Shown here one piece after another: positions 1 through 19,499 of a stretch of DNA of 64,000 nt (position 1 is its first letter; the number at the start of each line of letters is the position of its first letter). Below the pieces are notes generated by a model. The model was given only the letters and a program-made list of their open reading frames with translations, did no database searches and was not told the DNA's origin. The DNA lies in contig NC_058383.1 of the NCBI RefSeq assembly GCF_018350175.1, forward strand, positions 16,928,001-16,992,000, in the 5' to 3' direction. The DNA is from Felis catus (Eukaryota). The position numbers were made by a program, and so were the translations under genes.

Positions 1-164
1 CTCTTTGCCTGACCGTTTTCTTTTGTCAACCTTCCAAGTCTCAACTTACACATTACATATTCACAGGGACTGACTATCTGGTTAAAGTAATCCCTTCCCC
101 AACTTAGTTCTGTTTTTTCCCCCTTTTCACCTTCCCTCCTTTCCTTTCTTCCTCATTCTTTCCT

Positions 165-600
165 TCATTAACAAACATTTATTAAGCACCTACCACATGC
201 TAGATAGCATTCTAGAAACTGGAGAGACAAGAGTAAGCAAAACAAATGTGTAATCTGACAGATAGCTCTCAGGAGCTTGTATTCAAGTTTCAGAAACAGA
301 CATAAACAAGCAACAAATAAACACCTATTTGCATTAGATAAGCGCTATGAGGGACTAGGGAGGTGCTGCGGATGGAAACAAGGGGGAAGAGTGAACTTCA
401 CTTAAACCATCAGGAAAGTCTCCATTAGTTCATTACACATGTCACTTGTGTACTTGTTTGTCATCTGTCTCCTCTACTAGACTTCAGCTCCAAGAGGTCA
501 AGAAGCATGTTTGCTTGGTTCCCTATGGTCTCCTTGCACTTGGTATAGAACCTGCCACAGTACGTACTCAAAGAACACTTGATGAATGAATGAATTGAGA
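165..600. mobile_element. Old LINE-2 fragments
   Basis: L2 3'-end signatures: ttcattaacaaacatttattaagcacctac at ~165-195 and gatgaatgaatgaat at ~581-595. Confidence 0.6.
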
Positions 601-2029
601 CAAGAGCTGGCCAATTTGAGCATTCTCAAGACAGAGAGGTAGTTAGCATCCAGGAAATAGACAGCATTCCCCAGGGAGAATATATGGAAGGAGAAGAGCA
701 GGAGGCCTGGGAAGACCTAGGAAAGGATATGGGGGTGGTGAGCTCGAAGCAAGGACAGAGAACATCTCACCTTTGTCTCTTACCCACACATGCTCTCCTT
801 GGCTACCAGGTCTTCCTTAAGTAGGAAGGACCTCTGAGAATCAATCCATCATTTTCAGCCTCAAAGGCTATTGTTTAGATCTAGATTTACAGTTTAGATC
901 CAGGAATCCAGGCCCCCTCACTAGGGAATTGCAGAGTTCAAAGTGAAGGTTCAGGGGCTCAGAAAGGGATTTGGGGAATCAGAGCCTAAACTCCACACCT
1001 AAAAATCCCTGGCCCCACCCCTTTCTGCTATGGCTTAGCTCCTTGACCCCTGATCTGAGTTAAAAACCTTCTTCTGGCTCCTACAGCCCCTAGTGCTTCC
1101 TTCAGTCACTGTCCTGACCATCCCACATGTCATTCTCTGCCTAGGGGAGATGTAATGAGTCAATATAAATAAGAGGGAAGCTGTGCCTTAGTGCCCAGAT
1201 CCAAAGGGTGGGCATAAACTGGCACTTCTGGATGGAACCCCTCTCTGAGGGTCTTAAAAATCTGGAAATTAGACAAGGTGGTGAGGGTGGAGACAGATTA
1301 ATTGCTTATTTCAAGAATACATGGAGCTAAAGAAGGGGGGAATGAGGGTGGGAAGGTTCCACGGGGCCCAGCTTGAGCTCCTGTCCTGCCTTGCCACTAT
1401 CTGTACAATCCTGCGCAGGCTCATTTGATATGTGAAGGACAGCATGCAACGGCTGAGGCTGTAGGTCCACTGCGGCCACAGGGTGATGACCTAGAACCTG
1501 CTGCAGCCAGAGACACCAGAGGCAGGGCTTCACCATGCAAGGCTTCCCCACTTTGCGCCCCCACCCCAGGGCAGTCAGAGACACAGCACCAGTGTGATGT
1601 GGAACATGTTTTTATGCAGGTAGAAAAAAAAGTGCTCAGAATAGTGAGGGAGCAGGGAGCAGGGATGTCTTGTCCTGTCCTCTGATTATTAGGAATTGCC
1701 CCATAAGGGGGCTCCCTCAAGGTTGGGGATAAAGTGAAGAATTCACGCAGCGTGGCTCTACTTGTGAGACCCACTTTGGGGCAGTGTGGCTTTGAAACTG
1801 GCCAGATCTTTTCTGAATTGACCACAGAGAACTTAAGAGTACAGCACCTTGGGGGTGGGGGGTCTCTCTAGTGGGTGGGGCCTCACAGGATGGGGTGGGG
1901 AGAGCCCCAAGCTCAAAGAGCAAGGCCTTTGGGTCAGGAGAGCACGTCTTTTGGGGAAGAGTGGGGGTCTCTGGGGCCTTGGTCTCCTGGGTGGGGGCAT
2001 CAGGGGTGCGTGGAGAGCCCCACAAGCCA

Positions 2030-5000
2030 TTAGCCGAAGAGCTTGATGAAGCAGGGCTGGCAGTAGGGCTTGCCTGCACGCTCTTGAAAGGAGCCCTTGG
2101 TGAGAGGGCGCAGGCAGAAGGTGCAGGTGAAGTGGTCTGGGTGGAAGCGGCGGCCCAGGGCTGACACACAGCGGCCGGTCACCGGGAGGCCACACGTAGC
2201 GCACAATGAACCACGCCGCGCGTGGAAGTGGTTCTCACACAGAGGGCGTCCCTCGTGCTCGAAAAAGCTGCCTCCCGAGAAGGGCGCGAAGCATTCCTGG
2301 GGGAGGGTGGCCGTGAAAGGATGGGTCAGCCAACAATCCCCTGACCAGATAACTCACTTTAGGAGCTTAATAACCCACTGTGACAACCCCACCCTCCACA
2401 GCCCCACCCCAGATGTGACACACCCTGTCTTGGGCCTAGGCTCCTAGTTGGGCTCCCCTTTTGGCCCAGCTCCCCATCCACCGCTCCCCGCCAACCCCCC
2501 CCCCCCCCCCCGACACCTCCCCCCCTAGGAGCGCACCCTGCAGACGAAACAGTCCGGGTGCCAGAGGGCGCTGAGTGCGGATATGTAGTTATCCAGAATG
2601 GGGCCTTGACAGCCCTGGCAGCGCGGGGCGAACAGCTGCAGGAAGTCCCGGCGACAGTAGGGGCGGCCCTCACGCTCATGAAAACCTAGAGGCAGGAGCA
2701 GGGCGGAAAGAAAAGGGTGCAGGCTGCACCCAAGACTTGCAAGATCTGAGACTGGAAGGCCAGATGAGGGGTGGTCAGATTGAGCAGCAGAGAGGGAGGG
2801 ATGGGGTCTAGAGTGGGGGCCTAGTGGGAGGAGATAGGATGGGGACTGGCAAGTGGGAGAGGGTGGGGCCAGAAGACTTGGAAGGTCTTAGCAGGCTGGA
2901 CCAAAGTGGGTTAGGCGGGATGTTGAGCAGACCGGTGGCTTTCAAGACTGGAGCCAAGCTCTCACCCTCATCTCCGAAGGGCTCCCCACAACTGACGCAG
3001 CAGAAATGCTCTGGGTGCCAATGGGTGCCCAAGGCAGTGACCATCTTCTGTGGGGCATGAACGAGGACACTCAGTATGGCCTTCCATCCCTTCTTCCCTT
3101 CCTCTCCCACCCTGAACCTATGCAATTGGGTTTAAGTAGGAGTTTGAGGCACAAGAGACCTAACAAGGAACTTGGAAGTCAAAGAGAGTGGGTGGAGTCC
3201 AAAGGGCCTTGGACACAGCCAAGGGGCTTAGCATGGGTGGGCGGGGGGCTGTGATTTGAATGGGGCCCACCCCACAGGGACCCTGGTGAGGTGGGGTTTG
3301 TGGGACAGGTGCAGCTCACATGTCGGATGGGTTGATTGCAGAGGCCACAACGTGGGGAGAAGCGCTCAAAGTAGCACTCAGGGCAGAAGGGGGCTCCATC
3401 CTTCTCGAAGAAGCTGCTGCCTCCCAGGGACATGGAACAGCCACCGCAAATGAAGTGCTCAGGGTGCCAAGTACGGCCCAGCGCAGTCACCACCTGTGAG
3501 TTGAGGGTGAGGCCTGGATCAGAGTGGTCCTTGAGCTGCCATGCGCCCAATGAGCTAAGATTTACATGGCACATTTCAAGTCTTCTTTTCTTTTTTTTTT
3601 TTCTTTTTACCATTTGACTCCCTTCACTCATTTCTCTCCACTCACCCTAAGAGATTAGGATGAAGAACCTAATGTTCAAGTCAGTCTGTAAGTGACAGAG
3701 TTTCAACCCAGGTCTTCCAGCACAGTACTTAGGACTGTGAAACTCATGAAAATGTTGTAATTACTTTAAAAATCAGAAGAAAAAAATGAGCTGGAAGAAA
3801 ATGATTTAATATATAATATTAAGAAATTCTTCTTCATACCAACACAGTCATAAAACACAATTTTAATTTTTAATTTAATGGAGGGAGGGGACCCATGAAG
3901 GTGAAAGTGACTAGGGCCCAAAAAAGTCACAATGCCACCCTGCTTTGCTAAGATTGAAAATTCTGGGATGGAAGCAGGGCACTAAATCTAGCAAGAGGAT
4001 CTAGGTCAACCACTGGGCACAGCTGTTGTCAACAACATTTACTCAGTCAATTAGCCAAGAACCAGAGTTCACACACCGGATGCTGGTGGAGCAGAAACAT
4101 CTTTTGTGGATGACTGAGAAATGGTAGGTGGCCCCAATAAGACTTTTGTGAAGACTAAGAGATGGAGGTTTGTAAGAGAGCTAGAATAGTGCCTGCGCAA
4201 AGTAGAACCACAATAAATGGTAACTGAGTTGGAATTCTCATTCTCATCCTACCACTTACGTGCAATGTGACTCGGAGCTTTAGTTTCCTCATCTGTAAAA
4301 TATGAACAACAGTAATACCCACTTCCCAGAGTCATTTACTAAAAGAAAACAACACAAAATCTGGCTCTCAGGATGGGTCCATGGGGCTCTATCTCCCTAC
4401 TCACAGTTCTCCACTTACCTGCCCAGCAATAGGTTTATTGCAGGAGCCACAGAGACCCTTGGTCTGGGTGGGAACACCACGGCGGCTGAGATCAGACTGC
4501 AGCAGTCCCAACATGGTGTCTAGGCTGCCCTTGCTAGTTGGCCCTGGTGAGGATGGGGAGCCCTCATTCACAGAGCTTGGCACTGGTGGCTGAGTTGACC
4601 CAGAGTTTGGAAGCTGCAGCAAGAAGGACATCAGAGTTGAGTCAACAAGGCAGAAGAAGTGGATGGTTCTAAAAGGGGTTGGGGAGCCACAAATCCACAC
4701 TGGCCCACCTCCTACCTGACTCACGTGGTTCTGGACACGGAAGTCAGACAGTGAAGCCATCAGCCTATCCAATTCCAGGGTGGCTGAGGTTGCTGAAGGC
4801 TTTGGGAGAACAGGGGATGGGCTGGGAGGGCTGTGAAGAACACAACTTGTGTTAGCTCAGAGCCCCCCAGAATAATGAATGCTATCCTCCAGTAATTTAG
4901 GCATCTATCACCTTTCTCCCAGCTCTACCAGCCATGTCAAACTCACAGGCTGGGCCTTTTCTTGTCCTCAGATTGGTCCTCCTTCTGTTCCCCTGCAGTC

Positions 5001-7054
5001 TCCTTGCTAGATGGGAACTGAGACATTATTTCATCTGCAGAGAGGAGAGAAGGGCACTGGATATGGGGTCATACTCTATCCCCTTCCAGTTAAGACTTGT
5101 GTCCCGTTAGCTGCTACTCTGGAAGAGTATACCCCTCAGTCTTTTCCCTTCTCCACCGTGTCCCCATCCCATCAAGGCCTATCTCTGTGACCTGGTACCT
5201 GTGATGTTGAACTGGGTAGCATTAAGTTCCTGAAGCAATCGGTCTAGTTCACAGAGTCCTGTGCCCAAGACACCGCTGGAAGAGGAGAATGGAGGGGCCG
5301 CAGGAGCTGCAGGTTTTGGGGACCGAGGCTTGCACACCGTACTGGAAAACAGGGTGGAAGCCTGGGTTCAGGGGTGGGGAATCCAAGCCTCTTCACCTGA
5401 GTCTTAATTGGCTTCCACCTCCTGCAGTTCCCAGAACCCTCACCTGTACAGATGGTCCTTGTCCCCAGAAGCTCCTGAAGACTCCCCAGATCCTGTCTAC
5501 AGAGAGAAAGATGCATGTGTGGGATGATAGATCTATACTTTGCCCCACTCAAGCTCAGATTCTCCTAGCCCTGGCCAAACTTGGCCCTAGTGTCACCCCA
5601 GTCCCCCACATTTGATCTCACCTGTGACTGGTGGCCATAGGGCAGGGGAGATGTGAAAGGCTCCGGAGACCTCTCTTTTGGAGCCCCTGACCTTGGCATG
5701 TGTGAGGTGGTGGTCTCCAGGTCAGACAGCAGGGCATCTGCAGGGGAGAGTCCGTCAAGATGAGAAGTTGAGAGGTTAAGGTTAGAGCAGAGACAGGGAC
5801 TTAAGAGATTAGAAGATAAGAGTTCCAACTAGGCAGTAGTTGAGGAGGACAGAAGCCAGTATTAAGAGCAGAAGTTAAGAATCAGATGGAAACACAGACC
5901 AGACCAAGGCAGAGAAGTAGAAGTGCAGCAGGAATATTTATGACCAAAAACATCCCAAATGGCTCATCTTGGGAGTCATGCACAAAAACCACCTGATTCT
6001 TTTATTTTCTGCATCTTCCCTGATGCAGTCAAAATTGACGATTTACGCAAGCCAAATTTGGCTTCACCCCAAATTGCTCAGTTGGCTGTATGCCTGGCAC
6101 CCAGTTTTCTGGTTGGATGCTCTTTCTGCCCAGTAATTCCTGCTCCCCTCCCCCACCTAAACAGACTCACCCAGCGGTGGCACAAGTCCAGGTACTGGGT
6201 CCCACCCTATGCTCCTCATTGGCAGGTCTCCTGGGACCTGCTTTCTGATTGGCTTATTTTCCATACAAGCCGGTTGCCCCTACTGAGCAGCACCCCCTAC
6301 TGAAGGGTGCCTGAACCCCTTCTCTCCCATGGAGAGTACAGCCTTTCCAACGGACCGGGAGGAGGAGATGCCGGTCCTCCTTCTTCCTCCAAGACAACCC
6401 CCCACCCCCACCCATCCTCAGATCTAGATCCTTTGAATCCTTTCCTTTCCAGAACCTAGAAGTCCCTACTCCTTTATTCATCCCTGAGTACCACAGTGGA
6501 ACCCTTAACCTCTTCCTGGCATCTTGGCACTCATCTGTTCTCTTTCTAGGTGGAAAGACCCGACCCCTACCATACTTAGGGTCCCTTAACTCTTTTCTTC
6601 TCCTAAACTCTGAGGCAGGCCCATTTTCTTCTCGAGAATTCGATTTCATATTCTCCCTTCCCATCTACTTTCCCAGGCCTGGACCCCAAGACCCCTTTAA
6701 CCCTTCCCTTCCCAGAGCCCCTGAGCCCAGGCGCCCAGTGGCAGGCGCTGCACCTCCCTGCCCATCCGTCAGCAGCCTGTGATGGAGGGAGCTGAGCGAG
6801 GGAAGAAGGGAGGGAGCTGAGCGAGGGAAGAAGGGAGGGAGCGGCCAGTCCGGGAAAGGCAGGAAGGGAGAGGCAGGAAGGGGGACGTGGTGTCGGAAAG
6901 GAGGCGCGGGCAAAGACCAGAATCAAGAAGACAGAAGGCAGGGATGGGGCGATTTGGGGAGTGCAAGGGGGCTCCAGGATGAGAAAGCGGGTCTAGATGG
7001 TGGTGAGGAGCTGGGGATAAGGGGACCCAAGCCCCACTCACCCAGGTCCTCCAT
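2030..7054 (-). CDS. TGFB1I1: Transforming growth factor beta-1-induced transcript 1 (Hic-5/ARA55), paxillin-family LD-motif + 4 LIM protein; 11 coding exons, 461 aa
   Basis: Exons in transcript order: 7042-7054, 5622-5737, 5444-5496, 5199-5341, 4947-5034, 4725-4830, 4419-4613, 3320-3493, 2966-3047, 2537-2685, 2030-2296. All GT/AG with consistent phases; total 1386 nt = 461 aa + TAA. N-terminus [14 protein letters not shown] (LD1); further LD motifs ([23 protein letters not shown]); LIM domains ([25 protein letters not shown] etc.); ends LFG*. Confidence 0.97.
3720..3942. mobile_element. Old hAT-type DNA transposon fragment (Tip100-like) in TGFB1I1 intron 7
   Basis: AT-rich interior; terminus ...ctagggcccaaaaaagtcacaatgccaccctg resembles hAT-Tip100 MITE ends (from memory). 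Confidence 0.4.
6784..6842. repeat. Perfect 25-bp tandem duplication (2.4 copies) in TGFB1I1 intron 1
   Basis: GGAGGGAGCTGAGCGAGGGAAGAAG at 6784-6808 and 6809-6833, plus a partial copy at 6834-6842. Confidence 0.9.
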
Positions 7055-7154
7055 GGCGGGGCACGGGCGCACCGCGCGGGGCGAGCAGGGCGGGGGCTGT
7101 GTCCGGTGGGGGCGGGGGGTGGGGGACGTCCGGGAGTTGGAGGCCCGGCCGTGA

Positions 7155-7164
7155 CCATGTAAGG
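7155..7164. promoter_or_regulatory. CArG-like box (SRF site) ~100 bp upstream of the TGFB1I1 ATG
   Basis: CCATGTAAGG, one mismatch to CC(A/T)6GG, overlapping a GGAA. TGFB1I1 is a known SRF/myocardin target in smooth muscle. Confidence 0.6.
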
Positions 7165-8047
7165 AAGCCGGGACCCGCTGGGATGGAGCTGGTGGGGGAC
7201 GGGGGGGTGGGGGGGGTTGGGTAGCGAGGGTGCAAAGAACGGGAGAACCCAGGATGGGGGCGTGTAAAGGAAGGAGGGCCAAGGCCCACCCAGGCCCAGC
7301 CCGCCTGTCTGCCGCGGAGGCAGCCACACCCCAGCCTTGGCCTCAGCTACAGGGAGCCCCAGGCTGCCTGAGCCAAAGTCAGAGAAGAGGCTCTCCCAGA
7401 CCAAGCTGGAGATCCTCTGCTCAATGAGACTCTTAGACCAGACTGAGGCCCCCAAGCAGACACCCCCCACCAAGGCTAGCACCCTGAGTCCTTGATAGAG
7501 CCCCTGTCCACTCAGGCCATTCCAGAGAGACTTGCCCCAGACAGAATTGTTGGGTTGGGGGCAGAAGTGATCGTTCTAAGGATCAGTTAGACAGCAGGTT
7601 CAGGGACATTCCCTTAGAGACCCTGATAGCAATGACATGAACAGATCCCAAATGGCACATATACTAGACACAAATCTCTCAGAAATGGAGACAGATAGAC
7701 ACAACGAACTCTCCCATCCTCTAAGCCAGGACCTTCTCTCCAAAAATTGGAACCAAACATATAGACACAGGTAAACTGAACCCAGGCCCAAGCCCCATGC
7801 AGACTCAGGGAAAACACTTTCAGGCAACCAGACCATAGCCAGCCTTCAAGACAAAGCCTTTCCCCAACACTGAGGCGACCCTTGGGAAAGAGCCCTTTCC
7901 CAAGATACTGGTGAACACAGAGAAGACACAGACCCCATCCACAAAGGAACAAGGGGCCTTCTCTGGACTGAGACCCCCGATAATCAAGGTGGAAGTGAAC
8001 ACTTAGAGCAGAGTTTGGACAGACACGACAGTGTTGCAGTCCCTGGA

Positions 8048-8217
8048 CTGTGGGTCTCAACCCAGCAGCAAATTAAAACAACCTGGGAAGCTTTTTAAAA
8101 ATACTGATGCCCAGAGCATCCTCCCCTCAGTCCAATTCAATGAGAAAGAGCCTAGGCATCAGTATTTTTAAAAAGCTCTCTGGGTAGTTCTAATGCACAG
8201 CCCAAGAACAGAGACCT
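8048..8217. mobile_element. MER5-like (hAT-Charlie) MITE
   Basis: gtgggtctcaacc...acctgggaagctttttaaaaatactgatgcc...ggtagttctaatgcacagcc, with an internal inverted repeat. Confidence 0.7.
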
Positions 8218-8900
8218 GGACACTCACAGAAGCACAGAGATAGCAAGTGTAAACCTTAGCTCCCCAGAAGCTAACTGGCAGCCAGTCCGGGCACCCTCCT
8301 TGAAGTCAGGCTGCCACCTGAGTGGTTTAGTGATCTGGGATCCTGGTGATGTAGATCCTGCCTTGAGAGATCATACACAGCGCAACATAAGCTGAATACA
8401 ACCTGGAGCTCTGGCCCTCTCTGAGCAAAACTAAGACAGGGCTTTGGGGACTCTAGGAACATAGAGGTCTTCCTTCAGGCTAATAGCAGAAGGACACTTC
8501 ATCCAAGAGATGAAGACAGACACAGAGACTGAAGGCCCAAGATGAGCAAAGGTCACTCGGGAAACGGTAATTGCCAAGGCCTTGGACATACATCCCCACA
8601 CTCACATTTCCTCAGCCCAGCCCCTTCAAAAGACACTAACCAAAGTCTGTGTGTCTAGCTGGATACCTGAACAATGAAGTTGCATAAGCAGAAAGCAGGC
8701 TTCTCCCAGTACTCTACTCTATCCCAGGACTCCAGGAACCACTGCATAATTACTTATTAAACTCCCACATGCCAAGGGTGGCCTGTGTTGAGACACATCA
8801 ACTTGGACAAAACCCTGTTTGATGGGTGAAGGGAGTGGGGGGACTCCCACTGGAAAGTAAGCAGAGACACCACACAATAGGGGTATCCAATTCCAAAGTT

Positions 8901-8906
8901 TTTAAT
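8901..8906 (-). terminator. Probable ARMC5 polyadenylation signal (ATTAAA)
   Basis: tttaat on plus, ~225 nt after the ARMC5 stop. A weaker AATAAG variant lies at ~8753-8758. Confidence 0.5.
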
Positions 8907-9131
8907 CTCAACTCTGGAAGGCTGGCCCAGGCCAGGTGCCTGGAGCCCTGGGCTGTTCTTCATCTGTGGGTCCCACACTCGGACCCTGGCGTCTTCAGAC
9001 CATCATCCTGGGGTACAGTTCCATTCTCTCATCGGTCCTCAATGGTGACTTCTGCTCAGCTTCCTCTTATGCTGCTCTGAGGGAGTCCTCCTTCATAGCC
9101 AACTCATCCTTGGATCCCCTCCCAGGGGACA

Positions 9132-15368
<6,237 letters not shown>

Positions 15369-16444
15369 CTTGGCTCAGGCCTAAGGCTCCGCCCCCCGCC
15401 TCGCCGTCCGTCCAAGGGAGCGGAACTGGAGGAGGGGCGTGGCCACGCACCTCCTCTCTGACGCTTTTTAAGTAGCGCCGCCGCAGTTATTTTGCAAGTT
15501 GGAAGTTGTAGTTCTCGATCCCGGCCCTCTGGACAGTCGCTGAAGGCACGTAGAGTAATGGTTATCTAATCGTGCGAACCCAAGAATCGTGTGCGGTGCA
15601 TGTTGGGATATGTAGTCCGCGCCTTGCTTAGCACGCTTAGGTTATAGGACGGAGGGGAAACTCTCAGGCGGCTTGCAGTGGGCTGGTTCTTTTGGAGAAC
15701 CCAGACATCCGACCATGGAGTCTCAGTACCGTGCTGCCCCAAGTGACGTGGCTATTCCGTCCCCCGCGTGTCCACCACAGCGACCCTCCCTTTTCCTTCC
15801 GGCTCGCTTCGCTGCCCACAGTGATGGCCAGGGCACCGAAGTCCGTGCTGACGGACTCAGGACCGCGAGCAAGGCCAAAAGGGTCAAGTTGCTGTTAGTG
15901 GCCGCAGATTGGGAGCTCTTGCTCAGTCAAGTGAATGAGAGGGTTAAACCTACCGAGACCGTTCCCTGCCACTTCCTAGAGCGGCACGGGCTATTGGGCA
16001 TTTCCGCTTCCGGTGCTGGATTCCCTGGGTCCCGAAGGTCTTGCCGCTGTGCTTGTGAACTGAATGGGTGGTTTTCAGGAAACGGGGCTTTATTCACGGC
16101 GATGCAGTCAACGTCGCCAGAAGTGGCAAGGGAGAACTAAGACGGGGCGGAGCGGCAGGGAACTGGACATCAGGATCCCAAGGAAACCCCAAGGTTCACC
16201 CTCTTTGGCGGAGTTGTTCCACCAGAGCTGCGCTCCCTGGTGTGGCTGCGATAGCCGGCCGCCTGGGAAATGCTGCTGGACTTGGAATGCCTATGTAGGT
16301 TGAGCTCTGGCCCAGGGAAGAAGCTTCTGACAGGACAAACTGTCCTGCACTCCCCAAAGCCTTCGGGTGCCGGGCGTGTGGACTGATCGCAGCGTACCTC
16401 CCTGACCTTCTTCACCACCAAAGCAGCCATGTGGGTGGCAATCC

Positions 16445-17492
<1,048 letters not shown>

Positions 17493-19499
17493 TAACTTTG
17501 CTCCAGTCCTCAAGGAGCCTGAGCGGACCAGCATCTCTAACCAAACCTCCTTTCTGCTCCTCTAGGGCTGTTGATTCATGGACTGAATCAGAGAACCCCA
17601 GGCTGGAAGAATTATAACCAGTAGAGCTGGGATTACTGTTTTCAAAGAGCCTTCCAAGAAAAGAAAGCTTAGCCCTGTTTTTTGAGGCCTCAGAGACAAA
17701 ATGCCAGCTGGAGGGAGAGTTTTTGGCTGGTAGGAGCTATCCAGTACTGGCGCAGCTACTTCTAGATGTAGGACATCCTTGGCAGCTGCTGATCCCTTCA
17801 TGGGCCTAGGGAATGATGGGATTAATCATTTCAAGAACAACAACTGCCTCATCCCAGAGGAATGGGACAAGATTCCAGGCACCCCTTGAGGAACATAATT
17901 GGTGGGGGGGACTTAACCTCCAAAGGGGACCATAAGGAGGGCTGTATTCTAACAGAAAGACCAGAAAAATTGTACTTGGGACCATTATGTGAGCTCTGGG
18001 ATATATGACCCCTGTGAAAGATAATTGTCTTTACAGAGTGAAGCTAGGGCTGGTGGGGCCCAGGGCCAAAGCAAAGGACCAGGAGCCCTATCTGTTGAGT
18101 TTGTGCTTTGTGACATTTCTAGGCAGGAACAAAAGGCCCAAGGTTTGTCATAGGCCCCTTTCCCTTCTTTCACCCCTTCCCTTGCAGGTTCCCCAAATCC
18201 TTTGTCCGATCCATCAACAGAGGAAAAAATGGTAAAGATTCACTTGTGCCTGGACACTGAGGACTGAACATGGCCCTTTTGCCTAGGCATGGGACAGAGC
18301 TGCCCAAATAAATGCACTTCTATTACAGAAGTTAGAAGGAGGCTTCCCAAAGCCCTACATAATCTGTGCCCAAGCCCTTCCCATAGCTGTCTGTGTTCCT
18401 CGGAGAGACACAGGCTAGTCTTTTTGAGGTCAGAGGAGATTTAATGCCCACATCTGTGGGACCATCTTTCCATCATTAGCCCCATGCATGTAACACCCTG
18501 TCCCCAAATTTTGCCTTCTTTTATCAGGCTTGCTATGTATAGAGTTGTACTCATAGAGAATAGGGGTAAAAGGAAGGAATGTGAAGAAATCACTGTCTCA
18601 GTTTCTAGCAGCATGTCCAGGCCTATCTCCTCCTAGCTATGTGATCTTGGACAGGTCTACCTCTTCTGATCTTCAGTTTCTTTATCTGTAAAACAGAAAT
18701 GATGATGGCTACCTCACTAAGTACTATTGAGGATTCCATGGGATCACCTACATGAAACACCTGGGTCAAGGGACTGACTCTAAACCTCAGTTCTCCTATC
18801 TCCTTAAAAGTCTAGAGCCCTTTCTCTGGTGGTGTCATTCAATAAGTATTATGCCAGCTGATGTGCTAGCTCCTCCCTAAAGTTACAGAAATGAGCAAGA
18901 CAGCCTCTGTCCTGGGGTAGCTTGGTGTCATGAAGGAGATGGACTCAGGACCAGTAACAGCACAGAGTGCAAAATCCTGGTGGTGGAGAAAGATCCTAAC
19001 CTGAACCAAGTCTGAGAGGCTTCAATGAGGTGACATCTGATTAATACTACTTCACTTCTCAAACCGGGAGCAACAAATGCTCCTGGCCTGGGGTTAGTGA
19101 TGAAGGGAAGGATTCTTGCCATGTTTCCCATCAGTGGCACTTCAAAGAGCACAAGCTAGGGTCTGAATTGGAGGCCTGAACCCAGTGTGCACATGGTTGG
19201 CACTCAGTAAATAGTTGTTATGATGGGGTCCTGTTTATACTGCTTACCTGTGTTGGGATTCACCTTCCTCAGAGCCATTTTGTAATCTATAAAATCTATA
19301 ACTTTATATGAATATTAGGTATGTGGTAAAGTTGGTCATGGGACAAGACTGATTTGCAAAATCCCTTCAGAGAACTGCAGGTTAATTTCTCAGATTAAGG
19401 CAAGTATCCATGGCCTCCATCTTCTCTAAAATTGTTATGTGCTGCTCATAAATATCTTCTTCTCTCCTTTAGGTAATATTTAATTTTTCAAAGTGTTCC

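Larger units (their letters stand above)
6730..7330 (-). promoter_or_regulatory. TGFB1I1 CpG/GC-rich promoter and first exon
   Basis: Dense CpG, GC boxes and G-runs around the ATG at 7054. Confidence 0.8.

Noticed and set aside
6769..7482. 237-aa minus ORF across the TGFB1I1 promoter
   Set aside because: Low-complexity Pro-rich translation of a CpG island; the real CDS here is the 13-nt first exon.
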